A stretch of DNA of 64,000 bases from Hormiphora californensis (taxonomy: Eukaryota; Animalia; Ctenophora). The DNA lies in contig CM035353.1 of assembly GCA_020137815.1 (NCBI GenBank), positions 6,820,001-6,884,000 of the forward strand. The letters run 5' to 3'. A program made the position numbers and the translations under genes. A model generated the notes under the pieces. The model was not told the origin of the DNA and did not search any database. It was given only the letters and a program-made list of their open reading frames with translations. Within the stretch, counting starts at the first letter, position 1, and each line of letters begins with the position of its first letter. Shown one piece after another: positions 51,481-64,000 of this stretch.

Positions 51481-52305
51481 CTGCCCCTCCTGCCATGGAT
51501 GATGATTGTTGGAAGAGTACTGCTGTTATAGACAGGGACATGATGGAGGAGAGGGTAGAGAGGACTCCGCTGGGTTCACTGTAGTACCTGGCACCCCTCC
51601 CGAGGAGGTGTTATTAAAGGCAGCTGAGAAGGGGTGCTACTGATCCAAGTCAGAGAGATATTGGAGGGACATCCTGGGTGAGTGTTTTTATCGAGATACA
51701 TGTGATACGGCCAAAATATTCGAGTACATTTTTCCTGAGAGATTTAGACTTAGATTTTCCAGGATATTTTTCTGATATCCACCTCCAACTGCAGATGTGT
51801 AAATGAGAAGGATAGTGACGGTTACACGCCACTTCACCGGGCATGTTACCAAGGGTGGGAGGATATAGTAGAGGTCCTTATACAACACGGTAAGATGGTC
51901 TAGATTGGTTTAGATTGAAATGGTTTCTAAAGTGGCGGCTCTAATCCCATTATCGAGGTAGATGCAGTACACACTACACACACAACTATAACAACTATAT
52001 CAACTACCCTGCAGGAGGGGATGTTAACAGTAGAACTGAGGATGGCTGGACACCCCTCCATTCCGCAGCGAGATGGAACAAGACTGAGTGTGCGGCCCGG
52101 GTAATAGCTGCGGGGTGCAATGTTAATGCACTGAGCGAGGGGCTACAGACACCCCTACATATTGCGTGTAGCAGCCAGGCGTGTGCACAGGTTATACATA
52201 TGTTGTTGTGGAACCCCGATGTGGATGTGACGATACTGTGAGTACCTTGCTGATGGTTCTCTCTCTCTCTCTCTCACTCTCTCTCTCTCTCTCTATCTCT
52301 CCCTC

Positions 52306-52371
<66 letters not shown>

Positions 52372-52511
52372 CTCTCTCTCTCTAACATCCTCTCTATCCA
52401 CATAGAAACAACAACTCTGAGACTGCTGAAAAGATAGCCTTTACGAACTCTCTGCTAGGCCCTCTCTTCGAGATGAAACACAGATATGTTGACATTGACC
52501 CGCTCTTGTAA
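51462..52511 (+). CDS. ANKRD49: Ankyrin repeat domain protein 49-like, 4 exons (exon 1 has indel errors)
   Basis: LLKAAEKG, DSDGYTPLHRACYQG, TEDGWTPLHSAARWN, GLQTPLHIA and NNNSETAEKIA match the ANKRD49 pattern. Confidence 0.8.
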
Positions 52512-52759
52512 CACAGATCTATAAACTTTACTATTTAAAAGATCGAGGGGTGGGGTTTCAGAATATTTACTAATTTCTATAATAATAATGTGTAAATTTA
52601 TACTGCTACTAAAGATATTTTGTGCTTCAGAGTTTTGTTAATTGTTATGTATATTTCAGATTCCTATTATTTGTTTCAAAATCACGACTAATTACCCCCC
52701 CCCCCCCCCCCCCCCCGATTTAATTTGTTTCCTAACAGTTCTCACTCTACTAGGCCAAT

Positions 52760-54189
52760 ATGGAAACACGGGAAAAGTTTGAAGCCCTCGCCCGGATTCT
52801 CACCCACGAGATTAAAGTTAAAAAGGTGAAGATAAACGGTCTGACCAAGGTTAAAGGAGACATCATCACACCCTACCTGGCCCCTCTGCTATCCCAAGAC
52901 AACCTAGCTAAACTCCTCGACAAGATAAATAAAGCTAAACTAGGACTGGAGGAACTGCAGGCTTTTGATGCTGTTGATGTGATGATAGAGAAAGGGGAGG
53001 AGCGGGGAGATGGAGGTGTACATACTGTCAACTTACAGGTACCACCCTATACCGCTGTACAGCAATATTTGTTACCATCCCCCCATTTGTTATCTTATAG
53101 TCATGTCTATTGTAATAAATACCAAATCCAACCACCACCCCATCCTCTCCACCACCTCCTCTCCTCACCACCTCCTCCCCTCAGGTGTCTGTATCAGAGA
53201 AAAGTGGAGGTAGATACAGAATGAACGTGTCTAGTGATGCACGTGGTAACGATGGCAGCTTCAACGTTGAGGCATCACAACACAACTTGTTTGGTCGGTT
53301 GGAAAGTGCCACCCTTAGTTACACAAAGGGTACCAGGATCGCTGACGGCCTCTCCCTGCTCCTTCATAAACCAATCATTGGGGCACGGGGCAAGACGAGC
53401 GATGTGATGCTGGAGATAGGAAAACAAAATGCTGCAAGTCGAACTGGTGGTTTTAACACCTCGGACCTACAAACTAACCTCAAATACAAGATGAGGTTGT
53501 TGGGTGGGTTGGCGAGTACAGAGGTAGGGGGCCTTTGGCAACAAATACTGGGCGATGGACCTGTATCTGTGAAGGTGAGGGAGGAGTACGGACACCATGT
53601 GAAGTGCGGTGTGAGGTGTAGTTATGAGAGGGATGGGAGAGATGATAATATTCTCCCTACTTCCGGTAATTATACCCGGATATCCACTGAAGCAGCGGGA
53701 TTCCTAGGTGATGCTCACCACCTTAAAGTGGATTGTCAGGTACAGAGAGTGAGGAGGCTACCCATATTAGGATATACAGGGTCCCTAACAATGCGTGCTG
53801 GCCACAGCAAGTCTAAATCCTGGATAACAGACCGCTTCTTTGTCGGAGGTCCGGGGAGTGTCCGGGGGTTCTACGAAGATGTCGGTGGGACATGTCACTG
53901 AGGAGCTGGGTTGTCCCTATACAGGGGTCTCCCTTTCTCACCCTATATCTGGCCCATCTGGGGTCTGGGACCTCACATTAGGTTGCACCACTTTGTTAAC
54001 GCAGGCAACTTGGTTAGTAGAGCAGGGGAGGTATTTGAAAAGTGTCGGGTTAGCATTGGAAGTGGACTGATTGTGAAGGTCGGTAGTGTTATGAAGATGG
54101 AGGTGAATTATGCGGTACCGGTGAGGTTTCAACCTGGTGATGCGGTGAACCATGGTTTACAGTTTGGTATTGGTGTCAACTTTATGTGA
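52760..54189 (+). CDS. SAMM50: Mitochondrial outer-membrane SAM50 (Omp85 family), 2 exons, in-frame TGA at 53899
   Basis: POTRA-like N-terminus, HNLFGRLE, DGRDDNILPTSG, DRFFVGGPGSVRGF, HHFVNAGNL, C-terminal GLQFGIGVNFM. Confidence 0.92.
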
Positions 54190-54416
54190 TTATGTGTGTG
54201 ACAACTGGATAAATATCTGATACCACCCACCCCACGATATGTTGGGTGTTGCAGGTTGGGTGTTGCAGGTTCTTGTTTTGTGTGTATGTTATTTGCTGTG
54301 TAAATATATTCTGAATTTCTATTTTCCCAATGAAGTTTCAAAATGTTGATCTCTTTTTAATCCCACAATGATTTATCTTTTAACCCCCTTTCTCTCTCCG
54401 TAACTCTAGTGCAATC

Positions 54417-56274
<1,858 letters not shown>

Positions 56275-56440
56275 ACTGATTGCTTTTTTTTATTCATAAC
56301 AAATGATATGCTTGTTTTTACTTAGAAAAGGGCAATATGTTCCAAAGCACTGATAATCTCACGTTCTGATCATGTATTGACTTTCTCAAAACTGATCGAA
56401 CATATTGCCCTAGAGTTTGGAAAAATAAGGCCCGGAATGG

Positions 56441-57751
56441 TGTCTGTCCCAGAAGCCCAAAGTTTTGTATCCGTGTCCCAGAAACCCAAAGTTTTGTATC
56501 CGTGTCCCAGGAACCCAAAGTTTTGTATCCGTGTCCCAGAAACCCAAAGTTTTGTATCCGTGTCCCAGAAACCCAAAGTTTTGTATCCGTGTCCCAGAGA
56601 CTCAAAGTTTTGTATCAGTGTCCCAGAAACCCAAAGTTTTGTATCCGTGTCCCAGAAACCCAAAGTTTTGTATCCGTGTCCCAGAAACCCAAAGTTTTGT
56701 ATCAGTGTCCCAGAAACCCAAAGTTTTGTATCCGTGTCCCAGAAACCCAAAGTTTTGTATCCGTGTCCCAGAAACCCAAAGTTTTGTATCCATGTCCCAG
56801 AAACCCAAAGTTTTGTATCCGTGTCCCAGAAACCCAAAGTTTTGTATCCGTGTCCCAGAAACCCAAAGTTTTGTATCCATGTCCCAGAAACCCAAAGTTT
56901 TGTATCCGTGTCCCAGAAACCCAAAGTTTTGTATCCGTGTCCCAGGAACCCAAAGTTTTGTATCCGTGTCCCAGAAACCCAAAGTTTTGTATCCGTGTCC
57001 CAGAAACCCAAAGTTTTGTATCCGTGTCCCAGAGACTCAAAGTTTTGTATCAGTGTCCCAGAAACCCAAAGTTTTGTATCCGTATCCCAGAAACCCAAAG
57101 TTTTGTATCCGTGTCCCAGAAACCCAAAGTTTTGTATCAGTGTCCCAGAAACCCAAAGTTTTGTATCCGTGTCCCAGAAACCCAAAGTTTTGTATCCGTG
57201 TCCCAGAAACCCAAAGTTTTGTATCCATGTCCCAGAAACCCAAAGTTTTGTATCCGTGTCCCAGAAACCCAAAGTTTTGTATCCGTGTCCCAGAAACCCA
57301 AAGTTTTGTATCCATGTCCCAGAAACCCAAAGTTTTGTATCCGTGTCCCAGAAACCCAAAGTTTTGTATCCGTGTCCCAGAAACCCAAAGTTTTGTATCC
57401 GTGTCCCAGAAACCCAAAGTTTTGTATCCGTGTCCCAGAAACCCAAAGTTTTGTATCCGTGTCCCAGAAACCCAAAGTTTTGTATCCATGTCCCAGAAAC
57501 CCAAAGTTTTGTATCCGTGTCCCAGAAACCCAAAGTTTTGTATCCGTGTCCCAGAAACCCACAGTTTTGTATCCGTGTCCCAGAAACTCAAAGTTTTGTA
57601 TCCGTGTCCCAGAAACCCAAAGTTTTGTATCCGTGTCCCAGAAACCCAAAGTTTTGTATCCGTGTCCCAGAAACCCAAAGTTTTGTATCCGTGTCCCAGA
57701 AACCCAAAGTTTTGTATCCGTGTCCCAGAAACCCAAAGTTTTGTATCAGTG
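56441..57751. repeat. 29-bp satellite (~45 copies) ccgtgtcccagaaacccaaagttttgtat
   Basis: 29-aa periodicity in all frames; variants recur at 435 bp (15 units). Confidence 0.98.
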
Positions 57752-60700
57752 TTGAACTTGAATGCTTTGCGCGTTAACAAGACAATTCGTCTTGTTAACG
57801 CGAAAAGGCATTGTGGGTTAACAATTGTTAACGCACAATGCCTATTGCCTCACCTTCATAGTATTAGTCCATTCGCAGTCTGTCCATCCGGCGCCAACGG
57901 ATCACATTATCAAAAACCAGTTCCAATTAACATACATAAAATTGCCATTTTGATGTATCAGTATGTTTGACTCAAAGCAATACACGTTATTTGGTTTCAG
58001 CAAAAAGTTTATGATATACTGCTGTGCACTCCACTTGGGTATGGGGGTTCTTGGTATGATGGTGTAGGTAGTTGTAGTTTTGGGGTCAGGGACCAGAGGT
58101 CAAACACACAGGATTTAGGTGGTTTGAGAAGTCAATTGTCAAACTCAAGTGATTTGGTTACATCGTGAACTGAATTGAAATCGCAACTATACTGGTTATA
58201 TCTCACGGTTTCCCACTTACAAATCACAATATTATGATAGCGGTCTTGTTGATTGAACTTTGTCTCACTCTCTCAACTCAAGGCACTCTCTCTAACTCTC
58301 TCGAGGGTTCACTCCTCTTGTGGACTGGTACAACTTGCACCATCACTTGCAGAAAATGGGTCTTCATGGGTTTTAATGGGCCCAATCACAACCGATCCTA
58401 CAAGTGATGTTTGCGTAACTAAAGGGCTACAATTTGACCCCGCCGAACTGGCGCTAACACGCACTAAAAAAAAATATAAGTAGACATATGAAAAGAGGAG
58501 GTGTTTTATAGACGTAACCCCACACACCCTCCCTGGGAAAGCCCGACTACAACCTTTCTCGGGGGACTAAGTATAAAAAAAGGTACTCTATCTTATATTC
58601 AAACACTATCACAGAATTTTTAATGAACAAGCAGTAGGCCTAAACGAAAAAGGGTGAAACCTCTCAAACTTTCAACAAAAAAAAAGTTACTTTTTTGTTT
58701 CCCACAAAGGGGGAAACCGCGTTAATTCCCCAAAAGATTAGATAAAGTGGTTTCTAAAAAAAACAGAGGGGGGGGGGAAAGACACAACTGGTCGAGACCG
58801 TTTCCCCTCCAACCGCATTTACGGAAAGGACAAAAAACGGGAAGAGAGCTCAGCCCCCTCTTTCGAACAAACCACGCTCATAAAGGGGAGATACAGAGGG
58901 GATGACCTTTCCTCCTCCTTTTTCACCCACTATACAGGAAGAACCAAAAAAGAATGAGCAGGGATTTCCCCCTCTTTGCACCGTTCAGGGAGACAAAAAA
59001 ATCGCCTCGTTTTAATGACAGTTCCTTTTTTCCACCACCCAAAATACAGGAAAAGGGGAAACAAAAACAGAGTTGTTAGTTTTGGGTTTTTCGAAAACAA
59101 ACTAAAAATTACCTTTCCATTCAAAACGAAACAAACAACTAAAAACCTTTACCTCCCCCAAAAATTTCCCATTTAACCAAAATAAACAAAAAAAAAAGGG
59201 CCAAAAAGTTTAAAAAACTTTTGTCTCATTTGGTACCACATCAAATTCTCTCACCCCCAACCTTTTTTTAGAAATTTACCTCATCCCTTATTTCCCTTTC
59301 TAAGGTCGGACTTCATCATTTAATTCCTCAAATTTGGGGATCCTATTTCAGTGGTTTAATGGGTTTGGGCCCTTGACTGCCAGAACTTTAAATCCTTCAG
59401 GGGGTCCGCCAAAAAAGTTTTAAATTGTATTTGGGGGTCCTATCATTGGGTTTTAGGAAGTGGTTAAATTGGGGGTTTCCACAATCCCACATTATGTGAC
59501 CACAAAAATTTACCCCTTATCAGGGGCCAAATAAAAATTTACATGATTACTCTCACAATCTCACATATATAGCGGTGCGTACCCTCACAATCTCATACAT
59601 TGTGAGTCACATATCGGTGCATACTCTTACAATATCACAATGTTAGTCACATATCGGTGTAACTCTCACAACCTTACTGTATTGCGAGTCACAATCAAAA
59701 GAGGGAGGGGGCAACTGAGGAATATTTGTGCACAGTTGAGGGTGGATCAGTTGTCCCATAATATTTACAAATTACTATAGTTTTAGGCTAGTGGCCACAC
59801 AATTCCTTTCTCATTTCTCATTTCTCATAATTCACTTATCAATTCACTTATCCATTCACTTTTCAATACTCAATTCACTTATCCATTCACTTTTCAATAC
59901 TCAATTCACTTATCCATTCACTTTTCAATTTTTACATGTCCATTCTCACTTGTACCTTCTCTAACAGTTCACTTTCTGACTGTTCACTTTTTGACTGTTC
60001 ACTCTCTGGCAGGCATTTCACTTTTCACTGTTACTTACATTTTCTCAGAAATGCCTAGTTTCAAGCGAATCATGTCCTTGGAACATGTATATCATAACTA
60101 ATGTTCACATACCGATATCGCACTCTTACACACTCTCTCACATTCGCTGCTAAATATCTGCTACAGGTGCAAAGTTAAAAGAAGTATACCTAGGTACCAG
60201 TCACAGTAGATACATAACTAAATTCACTGAACATTTGCATTGGCTAACTATAACAGAACCAATGGTTATGTGCAGGTTCTGACCATGCCACAGCACGTAA
60301 CCGATTGTTTGCTGGGAAAGACAATTGTGAAATATGCTAGGACATGTCAACTCCGACAGGCGTGATGTTACATATCAGTTTCACCCAATGAACGAACACT
60401 GTTTGTGTATCATTCATAGCGGTGCTACTAATCGCACATCTTACTTGCAACAATCGAAAATCTTCTACAAAGTAATCGATGTAAAGAACTGGAAGGCTTA
60501 ATCAAAACTAAATACTACTAACTAATTTCTAAAGTAATAGAGCAGTGAACCATTCATACCAATTAGTATACCGTTTATACTAATTTCGACTCAACCGCGA
60601 GACTCTACAACCCCACTCGAAGAGACCCAAAGTTTTACAAAGACCGCTACCATTACAGGTTTTTCATCAATCATTAAAATAACAGCTCGAACATTCTTAC

Positions 60701-60918
60701 AGTTCGACAACAGTTCATCATTAGTGTTCATATCATACCGGATTTCACACACTATGATGTGACGATGAATTTTCAAGTATGATCAAGTGGTTTTGTGGTA
60801 TATCTACTCATGCTCTTCGACATATCTTGCCAATAAAACATACTACAGTTTTTTCTCTTTTTTTTCACATTTTTCTAGCACAATGATATGGATGGCTGTG
60901 ATCAGATGAGAAGGCTAA

Positions 60919-61523
60919 GGCTATAAGCATACTGATCGTGATGATCATAATCAGTTAAAAAGATGAAGTGTGCTCATGGTTTTGATCATCATCATCTGCA
61001 AAAAACTGCAGTGTGCGGAACATTATGATCATCACGTAAGAGCTGGCCCTGGAGCCGTCTCTTAATTTGGATGATGATCATCAACACCTAGTGTGCGCAC
61101 GTTCTGATCTTATTCTTATGGAGGGCTGCACTGTAGTCATGTGATATGTACCACGTGGTACGACTTCGCGCGCTCTGAGAGGCTGTTGTACAGGTCACGT
61201 GATATGCGCCAGCCTCTCAGAGCGCGCGACTAGGCAAGGGGAGGCAAGGGGGAGATAGCATCATCATGCTGAGCACACTGATCATGATGATCATGATCAA
61301 AAGGCAAGTTCCAGCAAGTTGAGCATGGTTAATGATGATCAAACGTGCGCACACTATGGTTTATGATGATCAAACGTGAACACACTATGGTTTGAGATCA
61401 TCATGATGCATCAAGCCTCCATCATGATGATAACCATCAGTGTGTGCGCTTCTTTGATGGTGACCATCAAAATCTCCGCACACTGACCTGATTATGATCA
61501 TCACGATCAGTATGCTTATAGCC
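60919..61523. mobile_element. PIF/Harbinger-like MITE nested in the LTR element
   Basis: TAA TSD; TIR ggctataagcatactgatcgtgatgatcataatcag; many tgatcatca subrepeats; central hairpin at 61167-61229. Confidence 0.88.
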
Positions 61524-61883
61524 TAACATTCCAAGCAACATTAAGGTCTATCACGCTTCCAAATCTTCTCCCGATGACCAAATGTATCATTGACCTGAAA
61601 CTGTACCTCTGGAACAGGGGTAATCTGGAACAAACTTAACCTCTTTGATCACCAACCACCATCCTCCCTTCTGCCTGACTAGACCTCACCACCGAGAATC
61701 CTGGGTCCACAGTCAAGCGTGCGAAAATCATTACTAAGTTGTTTCCATAGACAACTCTCGTAGTCCAAAAGTTTCTGGAACACTGTAGCGTGACACCGTC
61801 TCATGCAATACAAGTTGTTCGTGAGGACTGTCCAACTGTGCTCCTCCAAACAACATCCTCCCTCCCACCAAAAGAGGGTCTAT

Positions 61884-63002
61884 CTAGTTTCTTGGCAACT
61901 CCTGACCGTTACTGTTACTATAAGGAATGTAACCTAGTCTATTTGTGGGTGGGTGTGGCTGAGATTGTGAGTGATCGTACCGATTCGTTGCGTCATTCTT
62001 TCTCTCGTAGCAGTCAGCGGCCTTATGTCCGGGGACGTTGCAATTCCAACACACGATGTGGTTCATCCATCCTCCGGCTCCGACTCCGTGTTGATTCCAT
62101 CCGTTCGTGCCCCTACCGTAGAAGTTGTTCATAGGTGCTTGCTGATACACATTCTGCTGTTGCTGTACTGGTCGCTGATTGTGGACTGGATCTAATTCAC
62201 TTGTTCGCAAGACGGTCACTTCTTCTTCTCCTCTCGCTTTCATCTCCATCATGGCTCGGTAGCTGGTGTCTAGGACGTCAGCCTTTTCGATGAGCTCTTG
62301 GAACGTCATCAAGTCAGCATTTTGGAGGATGTAAATTGTGACTTCATCCCTTCGTGCTCCAAACGCTAGGGCATCTTTGAGCATAGCTTTCCTCGTGTCT
62401 GTTTCCTCTTCTTTAGGCCACGCTTTCTTGGACAGTTTTACGAGTTCGTCGGCGAAATCTCGGAGCGACTCTGTTCTTTGTTGTTTCCTCTCCCTTAGCT
62501 TGGTTCGTGCTTGTAATCCCGTTTCCTTTTCCATGGCATGGACGCACTTCTTTACCTTATCTTTAAAGGTTTCCCAGTCGACCAGTCTGTGTCTGATACG
62601 TTCATCCTGTTCAAGTCGGGAGTTTACTTTGTCGGGCAGGTAAGACGCGAAGGCACGTATCTTCTCGTCGTCGGTGTACTTTCTGCTGGGGATCAGGAAA
62701 TCCTCAAACCTTTGGATGTATCGCTCGATCTCCATGTCATCAAGTTCGAATGTTGTTGGTCGTTTCGCTAGTATTGTTCTGGTTTGCTCTGGTTTGACTT
62801 CCCTCTGCTGTAGTCTTCTGGTCGTCTCCATCTGCTGCTGGAGTAAGAGCGCTACAGCTTCTTTCTGCTCTTTTGATAGTTCCTTGAGCACCGAATTGTG
62901 TTTTGTTCTGTTCTCTTCGCTGATAGGATGGCACAGAGGAGTGTCCATTGGTTGACCGGTATGGGGCACGAATATCAGGTCTGTGTCTTGGAGCTGGTGC
63001 AT
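61884..63002 (-). CDS. Retrotransposon Gag with CCHC zinc knuckle
   Basis: YIQRFEDF, LRERKQQRTESLRDFADEL (major homology-like region), CWNCNVPGHKAADC. Confidence 0.92.
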   Translation of the reverse strand: MHQLQDTDLIFVPHTGQPMDTPLCHPISEENRTKHNSVLKELSKEQKEAVALLLQQQMETTRRLQQREVKPEQTRTILAKRPTTFELDDMEIERYIQRFEDFLIPSRKYTDDEKIRAFASYLPDKVNSRLEQDERIRHRLVDWETFKDKVKKCVHAMEKETGLQARTKLRERKQQRTESLRDFADELVKLSKKAWPKEEETDTRKAMLKDALAFGARRDEVTIYILQNADLMTFQELIEKADVLDTSYRAMMEMKARGEEEVTVLRTSELDPVHNQRPVQQQQNVYQQAPMNNFYGRGTNGWNQHGVGAGGWMNHIVCWNCNVPGHKAADCYERKNDATNRYDHSQSQPHPPTNRLGYIPYSNSNGQELPRN

Positions 63003-63656
63003 ATCTGAAACGGGGAATGGAACTGAGTATCTGATTCTATAAATCTATCAAATCACAGGAGTTTGTAGGCAATTAGGAGCTATAATAAGAACTACCAACT
63101 ACTAATACTTAACTTGTTAGAGAGTCCGGGGTCGCCAGTTGTGCACTCCACTTGGGTATGGGGGTTCTTGGTATGATGGTGTAGGTAGTTGTAGTTTTGG
63201 GGTCAGGGACCAGAGGTCAAACACACAGGATTTAGGTGGTTTGAGAAGTCAATTGTCAAACTCAAGTGATTTGGTTACATCGTGAACTGAATTGAAATCG
63301 CAACTATACTGGTTATATCTCACGGTTTCCCACTTACAAATCACAATATTATGATAGCGGTCTTGTTGATTGAACTTTGTCTCACTCTCTCAACTCAAGG
63401 CACTCTCTCTAACTCTCTCGAGGGTTCACTCCTCTTGTGACTGGTACAACTTGCACCATCACTTGCAGAAAATGGGTCTTCATGGGTTTTAATGGGCCCA
63501 ATCACAACCGATCCTACAAGTGATGTTTGCGTAACTAAAGGGCTACAATTTGACCCCGCCGAACTGGCGCTAACACGCATCTAAACAATCCTAATATATA
63601 TAGTATGCACATATGATATTAATGAGTAGGTGTCATAGTACTGTACCCTACACTGC

Positions 63657-63932
63657 TAAAGTCGAATTTTTTAATCAAGGGACAGGGACCGCGCATTTAC
63701 AAAAGTCTTTTTGCGCGTGCTAAACGTTTTCGCTCATATCTCCTGTTCCTGATAAGATAAAGACATGGTTTTGGTTGCGTTGAAAAGGTCTTAAAATTAT
63801 CTTTCCAACGCTTCCTGGTTCAAGTCTTAAGATTATCGGGAACTTGATCTCGATTATCACGCGCAAATACAAAGCCGCGCGACACCTCTGAATGCGCGGC
63901 CCCCTGTCCCTTGATTAAAAAATCCGACTATA
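63657..63932. mobile_element. MITE of the 45474-45714 family, abutting the LTR TSD
   Basis: aagtcgaattttttaatcaagggacaggg...ccctgtcccttgattaaaaaatccgacta. Confidence 0.85.
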
Positions 63933-64000
63933 TGTATCACTATCAGTAAGAAACAGGCTTGAACAAATCATCTCACAGTTAAAATACCTAGTAGGTAAAA

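Larger units (their letters stand above)
58023..63652 (-). mobile_element. LTR retroelement, gag-only/non-autonomous (Ty3/Gypsy-like)
   Basis: LTRs at 58023-~58525 and 63140-63652 with TG...CA ends, 4-bp TSD CTGC, PBS TGGCGACCCCGG (- strand, ends 63137) and a purine tract next to the left LTR. No pol ORF seen. Confidence 0.9.

Noticed and set aside
56318-57970. 400-500 aa ORFs on both strands
   Set aside because: The 29-bp satellite lacks stops in several frames.
59530-61883. pol or env remnants in the LTR element
   Set aside because: No D(T/S)GA, YxDD or integrase motifs and no long ORF seen.

Overview
Intron-rich, microsatellite- and MITE-rich animal genomic DNA, most likely a ctenophore (inferred from an Epsilon-type iGluR with a Cys-rich M1-M2 loop and a loop-1 Cys pair). 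It appears to be a long-read assembly with residual indel errors and low-quality tracts. Genes: a large acidic Thr/Val-repeat mucin-like surface protein (-), an intronless ionotropic glutamate-family receptor (-), a multi-exon ABCA transporter (+) with a complete secreted pentraxin gene nested antisense in one intron, a second copy of the ABCA 3' end (probably the other haplotype), and an intronless LDLa-repeat rhodopsin-class GPCR lacking LRRs. A tight same-strand run TMED2-tra2-ANKRD49-SAMM50-RPS3 has a splice acceptor 2-7 nt before every ATG, making it a candidate SL-trans-spliced operon. Mobile DNA includes a gag-only LTR retroelement, three kb-scale palindromic elements (Chapaev-like, Merlin-like, foldback-like), many MITEs, and 24-, 29- and 32-bp tandem arrays.
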